DNA of 64,000 bases. It comes from Octopus sinensis (lineage: Eukaryota). The translations under genes were made by a program, and so were the position numbers. Under the pieces are notes generated by a model, which was not told where the DNA came from, searched no databases, and worked only from the letters and a program-made list of their open reading frames with translations. Of the stretch, positions 50,170 to 61,500 are shown piece after piece. Numbering within the stretch: the stretch's first letter is position 1; the number at the start of each line of letters is the position of its first letter. The stretch is taken from NCBI RefSeq assembly GCF_006345805.1, contig NC_043001.1, positions 18,166,001-18,230,000 on the forward strand, read 5' to 3'.

Positions 50170-51152
50170 TATACGACTTAGGGAAGCTCATCATATATTT
50201 TCGTTATAACATTTTGGAACTTTGAAAAGCTGGTCACATCTTTGTTATTAAATTTGTGGCTTTAAAAAGACAGCAAGCTGGCAGAAACGTTAGCATGCTG
50301 GGCAAAATGCTCAGTGGTATTTCGTTTGCCTTTCATCCTTTCGGGATCAATAAATTAAGGACCAGTTATGCACTTGGGTCGATATAATCGACTTAATCCA
50401 TTTGTCTGTCCTTGTTTGACCTCTCTGTGTTTAGCCCCTTGTGGGTAGTAAATGAAAGTACTAGTGCAATCAGAATGGACATTTAATATTCTATCATTTC
50501 ATTCATCATCATCATCATCGTTTAACGTCTGCTTTCCATGCTAGCATGGCTTTGGACGATTTGACTGAGGACTGTCGAACCAGATGGCTGCACCAGGCTC
50601 CAATTTTGATTTAGCAGAGTTTCTACAGTTTGATGCCCTTCCTAATGCCAACCACTCCAAGAGTGTAGTGGGTGCTTTTAAAGTGCCACCGGCACGAGGG
50701 CCAGTCAGGCGGTACTAGCAACGGTCACGGAAAATCGTGTTTTCTCTTTTTACGTGTCACCTGCACACCGGCACAAGTGCCAGTAAGGTGACGCTGGTAA
50801 CAATCACATTTGAATGGTGCTTTTTACATGCCACCGGCACAGACGCTAGTTAGCTGCTCTGGCAACGATCACGCTCGGATGATGCTCTTAGTGCTCATAA
50901 GATTGTAAATAAAACGTGGAAATCATACAAAGTTGGAATTTCTTTGAGTAATATATATGTGTGCATGTTATTATTATTATTATTATTATTTTAGAAATAC
51001 AGATATGTCATAAACAATTAATTCCCCGGCAAAAATGCACCCAAATAATCCAAACAGCAGCAGATTCTAAACAAATTTTAATGCTCAAGTTTTTTTTAAC
51101 TTCCTGGCATTTTTTTTTATTCACCCTCAAAACACAGAGGAAGCATATATGG

Positions 51153-51605
51153 TCATCATCATCATTGTTCGACCGTGGTCGAGACAATGGAATTTACCAT
51201 GCTACGCCAGACTTCACGGTCCATCATGGCATTACGGAGGTCCTGTTGCTGGATGCCTGTATCCCTGGAGATTACATCAGGGTAGGATAGTGTGCGCCCT
51301 CTGGTATCGCGAGCAGATGGCTTCCAGAGGAGAAGAGTAGAAGTTACCTGTTTTTCAGCTCTACAACAATGTCCAGCAAACTGGACTCTCCTACCTTTCA
51401 CAAGAGATGACACAGGTGGTAGTTTCCCATATATTTGCATTTTGGTTGGATGGTGCTTCCACGAGAGATTTTGAGCTCTCATAAGGAGGCGAGTGTAGGT
51501 TCCATCCAACCGCCTCTCAAGCTTCTTTGATAACGTCCAGGTTTCTGAGCCATATAGTAGAATTGGTTCGACTGTGGCTTTGAAGATACATGGTACAATG
51601 GCCTG
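51153..51605 (-). mobile_element. RTE-clade LINE 3' end (intact reading frame to the stop) with a (GAT)n tail
   Basis: FKATVEPILLYGSETWTL...RRVQFAGHCCR...LLWKP...RGR...AMMDREVWRSMV, followed by ATGATGATGA. Confidence 0.9.
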
Positions 51606-52841
51606 TAGCATGAGCTTGTTTGGAAATTACAGCTATATGGGGAATGTGTTAAGCCTAGCCATTTGTTAGAGAATACATCATTTGATTTATCTCAGTTGTG
51701 TATTGTTTATAAGGAGTAATAGTGTTGTGTTGTAGGTTTGTTTCTTTGAGATGTAAGTCTCTGTTTTTTAGTGCAATTTGTGTGTCTGTCTGTGTGTCTA
51801 TCTATAGTTGTGAGAATTGTTACCATCTCCTCTTCTAACGTTACACATTCTATTGTTAGTCTAACTCCAGATCAGCCCTGATAAACAGGCTTGTTGATCA
51901 GAGGCATTCCAGCCTTGGCCATCCCTTTTATTCATTTAGTTTTGATTATTATTATTTTTTTTTTCTCATTCAGATAGAGTGTAACTAGGACTTCATTATC
52001 CAATATGTCAGTATGTTGTTCCTTTTATTTTATGGTTCTAGGGAGTGGTTTGAGAGAGATTTAGTTTCTATTTCATGCAGGTCGGTCAGAGTGCCATGTT
52101 GAGAAACCCTCATTGGTAGGTAGTACATTGTTGTGTGTCAGAGGGTCAAACAAAAAGTTAGTAACATAAGTAACAGTCATGATTGGAGGTTGATCTCACT
52201 CTCTCTCTCTCTTGCACAAACAGAACAGCAAATATTTCCATCAAAGTCAGCTCACCAAAGACTTAAATTCTGGTTCCTCTGATGAGTGTGAGCGATCTCA
52301 TCCTGACTCTTGTCTTCTTTCGTGATAATCTATCATAGCTTCAGTTTCCCTATCAATATATATTTGTATATATAGGCGCAGGAGTGGCTGTGTGGTAAGT
52401 AGCTTGCTAACCAACCACATGGTTCCGGGTTCAGTCCCACTGCGTGGCATCTTGGGCAAGTGTCTTCTGCTATGGCCCCGGGCCGACCAATGCCTTGTGA
52501 GTGGATTTGGTAGACGGAAACTGAAAGAAGCCTGTCGTATATATATATATATATTTGTGTGTTTGTGTTTGTCCCCCTAGCATTGCTTGACAACCGATGC
52601 TGGTGTGTTTACGTCCCCGTCACTTAGCGACTCGGCAAAAGAGACCGATAGAATAAGTACTGGGCTTACAAAAAGAATAAGTCCCGGGGTCGATTTGCTC
52701 GACTAAAGGCGGTGCTCCAGCATGGCCACAGTCAAATGACTGAAAAGAGTAAAAGAGTATGTCATGGTCTTGATAAATACACATCACATAATCAGGGAGA
52801 ATACATTTTGCCTCTCTGCATTCATCAGTATCTTCATTTAA

Positions 52842-53522
52842 CCCTTTAACATTTAAACCATCCATATCAAGCCAAAATATTCTCCCTTTGTCTTTGTTGT
52901 ATTAAACTGGTCAGATCTGGCCTCTCACACCTATCCTACAATGCCATTCTAACAATATACAACCACATCATCGAAACCTCAAAGCTACAAGATAACGCAT
53001 GTGTAATTCAAAACAACGAATAAATAAGCATTACATTTGACAAAGTAATCTGAATGTTAAGAAGGCGCAATGGCCCAGTGTTTAGGGCAGCGGACTCGCG
53101 GTCGGAGGATCGCGGTTTCAATTCCCAGACCGGGCGTTGTGAGTGTTTATTGAGTGAAAACACCTAAAAGCTCCATGAGGCTCCGGCAGGGGGTGGTGGC
53201 GACCCCTGTTGTACTCTTTCGCCCCAACTTTCTCTCACTCTCTCTTCCTGTTTCTTGAGTAACGCTGTGAAAGACTGGCATCCCATCCAGCTGGTTTGAG
53301 AGAGATTTAGCTTCTATTTCATGCAGGTCGGTCAGAGTGCCATATAGAGAAACCCTTATTGGTAGGTAGTACTTTGTTGTGTGTCAGAGGGTCAAAGAAA
53401 GAATTAGTAAAATAAGTAACAGTCATGATTGGAGGGAACACATATATCACAGAGACCTGGCCCATGAGCCTGGCTAGACTTGAAAAGTGTGCATAAATAA
53501 ATAAAATCTGAATGCTAAAGGG
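52842..53522. mobile_element. piggyBac-type MITE (TTAA TSD, CCCTTTAACATT TIR) with an inserted tRNA-SINE; relatives at about 20850-21030, 24600-25075, 63500-63612
   Basis: TTAA|CCCTTTAACATTT ... GAATGCTAAAGGG|TTAA, with the SINE at about 53063-53295. Confidence 0.6.
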
Positions 53523-55896
53523 TTAATGTCCACTTTTTCATGCTTGCATGGGTCACAACCCTCACCTGTTTCCAAACAAGGTAATATTTTTCTCGTGGCC
53601 TGACATGATTTTTTTTTTCACGGAACACTGGAAAACAAACCACTTTGCTCTGTATGACAGCAATGCTCTTTTACAAATCTCACGTAGCATCAAAACAAGG
53701 GTACACACACACACACACACACACACAACAGGCTCCTTTCAGTTTCCATCGAACAAATCCACTCACTTTTTGCCTTTTCATCTTTTCGGTGATCAATAAA
53801 ATAAGTTCCAGGCACTTGCTCGAATCACATCAGTTGATTGTTTCATCCATCACACTCCTTTTCCAAGCACATAGTCTAGATTCAATGTGAGAACTCCTCA
53901 TCATCATCATCATCATCATCGCCATCATCATCATCATTACCATCATCATCCTTATTTCTTTTCTTTAAATATAACTCTATTTTTGAAAGGTTCCTTGATA
54001 TAATGCACCAATGTTCTCTAAATCCTGAATTTGAGATGACACCAAGTGCTAGTGCAGTGAGTAATGTTTAACTGATACTCACATTAACACCACCCCCCAA
54101 CCTCTTTTATTCGTGTGTCAATCCCTTAATACTTGTGTCCCTTATTTTCCGTTTGCCACCAGCTAATTACTTCCCTTGTTCTTTACCCCTTACTTATCAC
54201 TATTTCCATCCTTTCACACTCAGAGATATTATTCTGCATTTGCTCATATATTTCTTCTTTTGTTTTCTGAAAACTCAGCTTCGTACAAAAAAGGAACCCC
54301 TGTGCGGCCATCCAAACTGCTAGAAATAGCAGCCAAATCTCTTTCGTTTCACAGCTTCCGGTCTTCGAAAAGAAAGACTCACTGGATTTTGTAGTACTGG
54401 GGGTTGCACTATGCCAGAGAAAAGATGAGCTGAAAGCAAAGTCAACTTCGGCTGCATTTAAGCTCTGAATATGTAAAGCTGGCGAAAATGCTACAAAACT
54501 ACAAAATACTTTGTAGCATTTTGCCCTCCATGTTAACAATTCTGCTAGCTCGTTGCCTTTGGATTTTGGCACAAGGCCAGCAGTTTTCAAGGGAAGAAGT
54601 TAGTTCATACCATCAACCTCCAACTGGTATTTTATTCTATTGAACCTGAAAAGATGAAAGGCAAAATTGACCTCTCTGGGATTTGAACTCACTGCATAAA
54701 TAGATTTAACTATACTTGACTACATTTTGTCATCACTCATGTAAATTGTGCAAGGACCCAATCCTATTAATCATCATCATCATCATCATCGTTTAACGTT
54801 CGCTTTCCATGCTAGCATGGGTTGGACGATTTGACTGAAGTCTGGCGAACCAGATGGCTGCACCAGGCACCAATCTTGATCTGGCAGAGTTTCTACAGCT
54901 GGATGCCCTTCCTAACGCCAACCACTCCAAGAGTGTAGTGGGTGCTTTTATGTGCCACCGGCACGAGGGCCAGTCTGGTGGTACTGGCAACGGCCACGCT
55001 CAAAAATGGTGTTTTTTTTACGTTCCACCTGCACAGGAGTCAGGCCAGCAGCACTGGCAACGACCTCGCTCGAATGTTTTGTTCACGTGCCAGTAAGGTG
55101 ACGCTGGTAACGATCATGCTCAAATGGTGCTTTTTACGTGCCCACTGGCACGGAAGCCAGACAGCTGCTCTGGCAACGATTACGCTCAGATGGTGCTCTC
55201 AGTGCTCCATTGGCACGGGTGCCAGTCATCGAATAATGATTCTAATTTCTCCAGAAGGGCACATTATATTGATCTCTTTGTTTGACTAGTACCTATATTC
55301 TATTGATCCAGAACTCATAAAAGGCAAGTTTGACTTTCACAGGATTTGAAACCAATACAGAAAGATAGAAAACTAGACGCTAACTCAAAGGCATTTTATC
55401 AATTCTCCCAGCTGCAGGCCTACATAACAATCCTTTTATTTGCCACAAGGGTTTGGGGGTAGAGTATAGTTGGTTAGATCAAAGCCAAAAACTACAAAGG
55501 GTTTTTTTTTTAATGCATTTCACAGCATAGCAGCCTGGGTGGGACAGGCTTTGCTGGAGTAATTGTCTTCAACAGTTGCTTGTCCGGCCTTCTTATTGCT
55601 AACTACTCAACCATAAGACATGGGTGAGACCTGACTGTGACCATAACTTATGTGTCCGCTCCCACTCCTGATGAGCAGGAGGTCTCTCCTCCAGTCATCT
55701 ATAACACCTTGTGTTGTCCAGTTCACTTAAACCAATTAAAATGATGTTATACTTGGGACAGCTTAGCATCAATCAATTAAACTGCTTCAGTCTCTTTCTG
55801 TCTGACATCATTGGAACCACTCATCAATTTATTATACCTTATTGTAGACATTCCTGTCTCTTCTTTCCCCCACAACTACTCCCATCCTACAGCTAC

Positions 55897-55900
<4 letters not shown>

Positions 55901-55986
<86 letters not shown>

Positions 55987-55995
55987 CTCTCTCTT
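55901..55995. repeat. (CT)n/(CTAT)n microsatellite upstream of the terminal exon acceptor
   Basis: Directly visible. Confidence 0.95.
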
Positions 55996-56157
55996 ATACT
56001 CCCCCTCTTTACTCCAACTAGTTCGTTTCTCTGTTTAACCATTTTCTCTCTACCAATCCTCTGCTATTCTAACCACAGCTACCGTGACACTGCTGTGAGT
56101 AACCTGTTAATTAATTAATAACACCTGTGTTCTTTTCTGTGTTTCATCTCTTTCCAG

Positions 56158-56291
56158 GTGAGGTTTTTATTGTAGAGAAAGTCTTAAAGAAACGTGTGCA
56201 GAAAGGTCATCAAGAGGTTTTGGTCAAATGGAAAGGTTACAGCAATCGTTACAACTCATGGGAACCAGTGGACAACATTTTCACCATGTAA
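56158..56291 (+). CDS. Terminal exon J: Polycomb/CBX-like chromodomain (EVFIVEKVLKKRVQKGHQEVLVKWKGYSNRYNSWEPVDNIFTM*)
   Basis: Strong pyrimidine tract then TTTCCAG acceptor, phase 1; TAA stop at 56289-56291. Has the classic xF/YxVExI...LVKWKGY...NxWEP chromodomain motif. Too short for the ORF track. Confidence 0.85.
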
Positions 56292-56328
56292 ACCTTTCAG
56301 TTTTTGGGGAGGAGGGGTAAAAAGTAAA

Positions 56329-56334
56329 AATAAA
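56329..56334 (+). promoter_or_regulatory. Candidate polyadenylation signal (AATAAA) 38 nt after the stop codon
   Basis: The hexamer is present, but the region is A-rich so it could occur by chance. Confidence 0.3.
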
Positions 56335-56794
56335 TAAGTAAAAAAAAATAATACTTTAAAACAAAAAAAAAAAAATAATCTCAATGAAGTAGAACTCATT
56401 TCAGCTTGTAGATCAGATTTTCACTAGATTGTTGGTCCTGCCAACATCTAATCACATGACTATTTGCACTACATTTCTTTTTTTTCTTTTTTTTTTTTTT
56501 TTAATAATAATTATAATTATAATTAATAATAATTATAAAAGTTTGGAGAGCAAAGGATCTCAGGGCTAGAACACATGGAAATTTATCTCTTTCTCTCTAT
56601 CTCTCATTCTCCCCCCCGCCTTCCCCCTTCCCTGCCCCCCTTAATGCAAATGCATAAACACATATGCATGCACAACCATACAGAAAGAAAAGAAAAGAAA
56701 AGAACTTTAAGGTTACCTTCGTGAAAAATTCCCTAAGAAAATCTTTGAAAATTCCGAAATATTCAGATTTAGATTAAAATATGGAAAAGAAAAA

Positions 56795-56821
56795 TAATAT
56801 ATATATATATATATATGTATG

Positions 56822-56853
<32 letters not shown>

Positions 56854-56889
56854 ACACACATATACATATATATATATATGCACATATAC

Positions 56890-56922
<33 letters not shown>

Positions 56923-56968
56923 TACATATATATGTATATATATATACACATATACATACATATATATG

Positions 56969-57046
<78 letters not shown>

Positions 57047-57052
57047 ACATAC

Positions 57053-57085
<33 letters not shown>

Positions 57086-57103
57086 CACATATACATATAT
57101 ATG

Positions 57104-57149
<46 letters not shown>

Positions 57150-57193
57150 CATATATATGTATATAAATATATATATATGTATATACATACATA

Positions 57194-57245
<52 letters not shown>

Positions 57246-57270
57246 GTTAACCCCGACTCAACCCGGGACC

Positions 57271-57312
<42 letters not shown>
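56795..57312. repeat. About 500 bp (TA)n/(CA) compound microsatellite
   Basis: Directly visible; source of ORFs 56713-57315. Confidence 0.95.
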
Positions 57313-57316
<4 letters not shown>

Positions 57317-57997
57317 AAACTTAACAAGAAATGATACTTGGATTTTTTATTTATCCTCCTACCACCGACCACCCCTCCAGGGCCAATGATTTTTCTGAAA
57401 AGGATTTTTGTCAAAATGAAAATGAATCTTGGATCTTGTTTTAGTCTACTTAGCATTAGGGAGAGACAGCATTAAGTTGGGTTTTTTTTTAACTCTACTT
57501 TCTCGAATTTTATTTCTTCACAATCAATAATTGCACAAAATTTGTCTACATGCTTAATATAAACACTTGTAGAATGCCCGATTTTGTATGTAGGAAACTA
57601 ACAGATTAAGAAATTCCCGAAACGTTTGTCAGCTTGTTTTGTAACTAAGCGAGGGGAGACTTTTGATACATGTTTCTATAAGTGTGCATTGTGCTTGCAC
57701 ACGCATGCATTCTGTGTGATACTTAGGCAGTGTTAACATCTTAATATGTGTTTGTGTGTGTGTGTGTGTGTGTATATGTGCCTTAATGTTACTGGGTTTT
57801 GAGCGGGGCAGGACTGGATTTGTTCGACACTATTTATATGTCGATTACAGCTGAACTAATAGGGATTATTAGGAAAGAATAAATTCTGTTTTGGAATTTC
57901 ATTTTCTAGCGTTGGTTAAGTGAAGCAAAAGTTTAAATTGTGCATACGTATTATATATCGTGCTAGCGCGGAAAACGGACGTTAAATGATGATGATG

Positions 57998-58033
<36 letters not shown>

Positions 58034-58209
58034 CACATATATACATATACATATATATACATACATATATATATATATACATACATATATATATACACAT
58101 ATATATATATATATATAAAATTGAATAAGGGTAGAAATTGATATTAATCAATTAAAACCAGTGGCCTAACATATTAAAGAAATCCGAAGATTAAAATATT
58201 TTTACATAC

Positions 58210-58390
58210 AAAATTTAAAGGACTGACCACTAAAAGTGGACGGTCAACATGCTAGATATAGACGTCAAAATCGCTATTTTCCACGAAGAACGTGTTTATT
58301 TGAGAACACGTTCTTCGTGGAAAATAGCGATTTTGACGTCTATATTTAGCATATTGACCTTCCACTTTTAGTGGTCAGTCCTTTAATTTT
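58210..58390. mobile_element. (TA)n-flanked hairpin element with arms of about 86 bp
   Basis: AAAATTTAAAGGACTGACC...ACGTGTT / TATTTGAG / AACACGT...GGTCAGTCCTTTAATTTT. Confidence 0.6.
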
Positions 58391-58451
58391 ATATATATAT
58401 ATGTATATGAGTGTGTGCGTGTATCTCTGGATAGCCTTGTTGCTTATTTTG

Positions 58452-58518
<67 letters not shown>

Positions 58519-61500
58519 GAAGAGCATAGGCTCGAAACGTCAAATACTCTTCCATTTTTCCTGAGCGTCAAACTAATACACCTTGTTCGTTGTTCCCTCA
58601 TCTGTCTATGTCTTAAGTTTACTGTACAATTTTGAACCACCATGTGTGTTTGTGTGTATCTATGTATGTGTGTGTGTATATATATATATGTATGTATGTA
58701 TATAGATATTTGATTAATGAGAGAGACAGATGGAAAATATGAGAACCACTGCAATTTTTTTTACCCATCTAACAATGATCCCTCTCAGGTGGGATACTGA
58801 ACAACTGGTTTAGGAGTAGCCGGCAGTGTAGATGTGTCTCTTCAGGTGATTATAAGACATATCTCCCTAAAATAACGACTGTTCTGCAAGATATCTTCTC
58901 GGTTTGTGTATAGAAAAACAGCAAGTGTCTCTGTATGTGTGTGTGTGTGTGTATGCATACACGCTCAGAAGTTCTGGTGATTCACAGAATTTCTCACAAT
59001 GGAAGGAATCCTCTTTCCATATTGTAATGATGGAATGAATCCTCTGCTTCTTCCACATGAATAAACACAATTAAGGAGTTGGGAGTAATTTCAAAATAGG
59101 AAAACAAGTTTTCTAACATATTTATCAGATTTCAAGAGTTTTATTTCAGTAAGTTCAGCTCTTTATTTCATCTTCTCCCTTTGTAGTGTAAACTGGAATA
59201 TGTACGCCATATAGAAACCAAAAAAAAAAACAAAACAACATAATCTAAAGACAAGAAGGAAATGATTGAGTTATTATTACCAGCATATATCTCATCAGTT
59301 CATAGCAACAACCCCATTGTCATTTTTAATCAACAACTATAATATTTTTAAAAGCATTTTATCCCCCCGTCACCATGTCCATACAAAACCCAGAACAGTT
59401 AGAAAGCTTGAGAATTTATCAAACATTTCTGCGAAAAATAATATCTTGATCAACACCCCCCTGAAAGTCACTATTGTCATCTCCTGTGTAGGATTTTTTC
59501 AAGAAGGTTCTTTTTGTTTTTTGGGGGGTTTTTTTTTTAAAAAAAAAAAAAAGGAATTTTTTTTTTTTAACACAATTCTATCTCCAAACTTGTTCTGGCA
59601 AAAATCTTTTAAGAAGCAGATCCATTTAAAAAAAAAAAAAGAAAGAAAAAAAGAAGCAGGAGAGAAAGTATATCTCCTAAACAGTAGCAATATGAACAAA
59701 TACCTAAATTTTTTTTTTCTCTCATGGAATGAATAAAAGAAAGAAAGAAAAATATCTAAAAAAAAAAACAAAGAAATCAAAATACTGTTCTTTTGTCATT
59801 TTTGTTTGTTCTTAACTGTTTTTTTTTATGCATTGTCTGTTAATCCTTTGAGTGGATTGGATTGGTTGTTTGTGTTCAGTACACAGCAGGAGGAGGTCAT
59901 CAGCATGTTCTCTTTAACCATAGCCCAATGTGGAGGCCATGAATTTGAGCTTGAGATCACACTGGTTTGATGAGTCTACCCTGCCACACTGGTTCAGAAG
60001 GGTACAGTTTTTATATCCTTACCCAGGTATAGTTAAGACAATTATATCAACCCCTGTGCTCTACTGGTACTTATTTTATCTGAAAGGATATGGCACGTTA
60101 AAAGCACCATCCGAATGTGGTCAATGCCAGTGCCGCCTTGACTGGCTTCCGTGCCTGTGACACGTAAAATGCATCAACCGATCATGGCCGTTGCCACCCT
60201 GTGCCAGTGGCACGTAAAAAGCACCATCCGAATGTGGTCGATGCCAGCGCCGCCTTGACTGGCTTCCGTGCCTGTGACACATAAAAAGCACCAACCAATC
60301 ATGGCTGTTGCCAGCCTCCCCTGGCACCTGTGTCGGTGGCACATAAAAAGCACCCACTACACTCACGGAGTGGTTGGCGTTAGGAAGGGCATCCAGCTGT
60401 AGAAACACTGCCAGATCAGATTGGGGCCTGGTGCAGCTTCCTGGCTTCCCAGACCCCAGTCAAACCCATGCTAGCATGGAAAATGGATGTTGAACGATGA
60501 TGATGATGGATGAAAGGCAAAGTCGACCTCAGCAGAATTTGAACTTAGAATATAAGCATGGATGAAATACCACTAAGCATTTCGTCTGGCATGCTAATGA
60601 TTCTGCTAGCTCAACACCTTCAACCCCTCATCATCATCGTTTAACATTTGTTTTCCATGCTGGCATGGGTTGGACGGTTTGACTGGGGACTGGCAAACCA
60701 GGAGGCCGCACCAGGCTCCAACCTGATCTGGCAGAGTTTCTACAGCTGAATGCTCTTCCTAACACCAACCACTCTGAGAGTGTAATGGGTGCTTTTTATG
60801 TGCCACTTGCATGGGAGCCAGTCAAGCGGCACTGGCATCAGCTATGTTTGTATGGTGCTTTTTACGTGCTACCGGCACAGAAGCCAGTCAGGGCAAGGGG
60901 GGCTGGCATTGACCATGTTCAGATGATGCTTTTTACATGCCACCAGCACAGGGAGCCAGTCAGGTGGGCTCTGACAGCGACCCACACGCGAATGGTGCTT
61001 ATTGCGTGCCACCAGCACAGGGAGCCAGTCAGGTGGGCTCTGACAGCGACCCACACACGAATGGTGCTTATTGCGTGCCACTAGCACTGGTAACGGCCAC
61101 AAATACAATTTCCATTTGATTTACTTGACTCCATAGGTCTCCTCAAGCACGGAATGTCACCCAATGATTCAAAGGGACTTTTTAAATGGGCTGGTTATGC
61201 TCTTATGCGACCCTGGTGTAGGCTATGGCTGGGACCTCACTTTCCTTGCTGAGTCTTCTCAATCACAGAATATCTCCAGAGGTCTCGGTCTTTCATCAAA
61301 AATGTGCAAATACGTGTGTAATATTTAAGACCGCAAATAATTATTAACTGTTCGATGGCCCGTAAAAAGCACCCACTACACTCACGGAGTGGTTGGCGTT
61401 AGGAAGGGCATCCAGCCGTAGAAACATTGCCAGATCAGACTGGAGCCTGGTGCAGCCTTCTGGCTTCCCAGACCCCGTTTGAACCGTCCAACCCATGCTA

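Noticed and set aside
55655-55700. CTGATGAG followed by a small hairpin (possible hammerhead)
   Set aside because: No downstream GAAA core or stem III was found.
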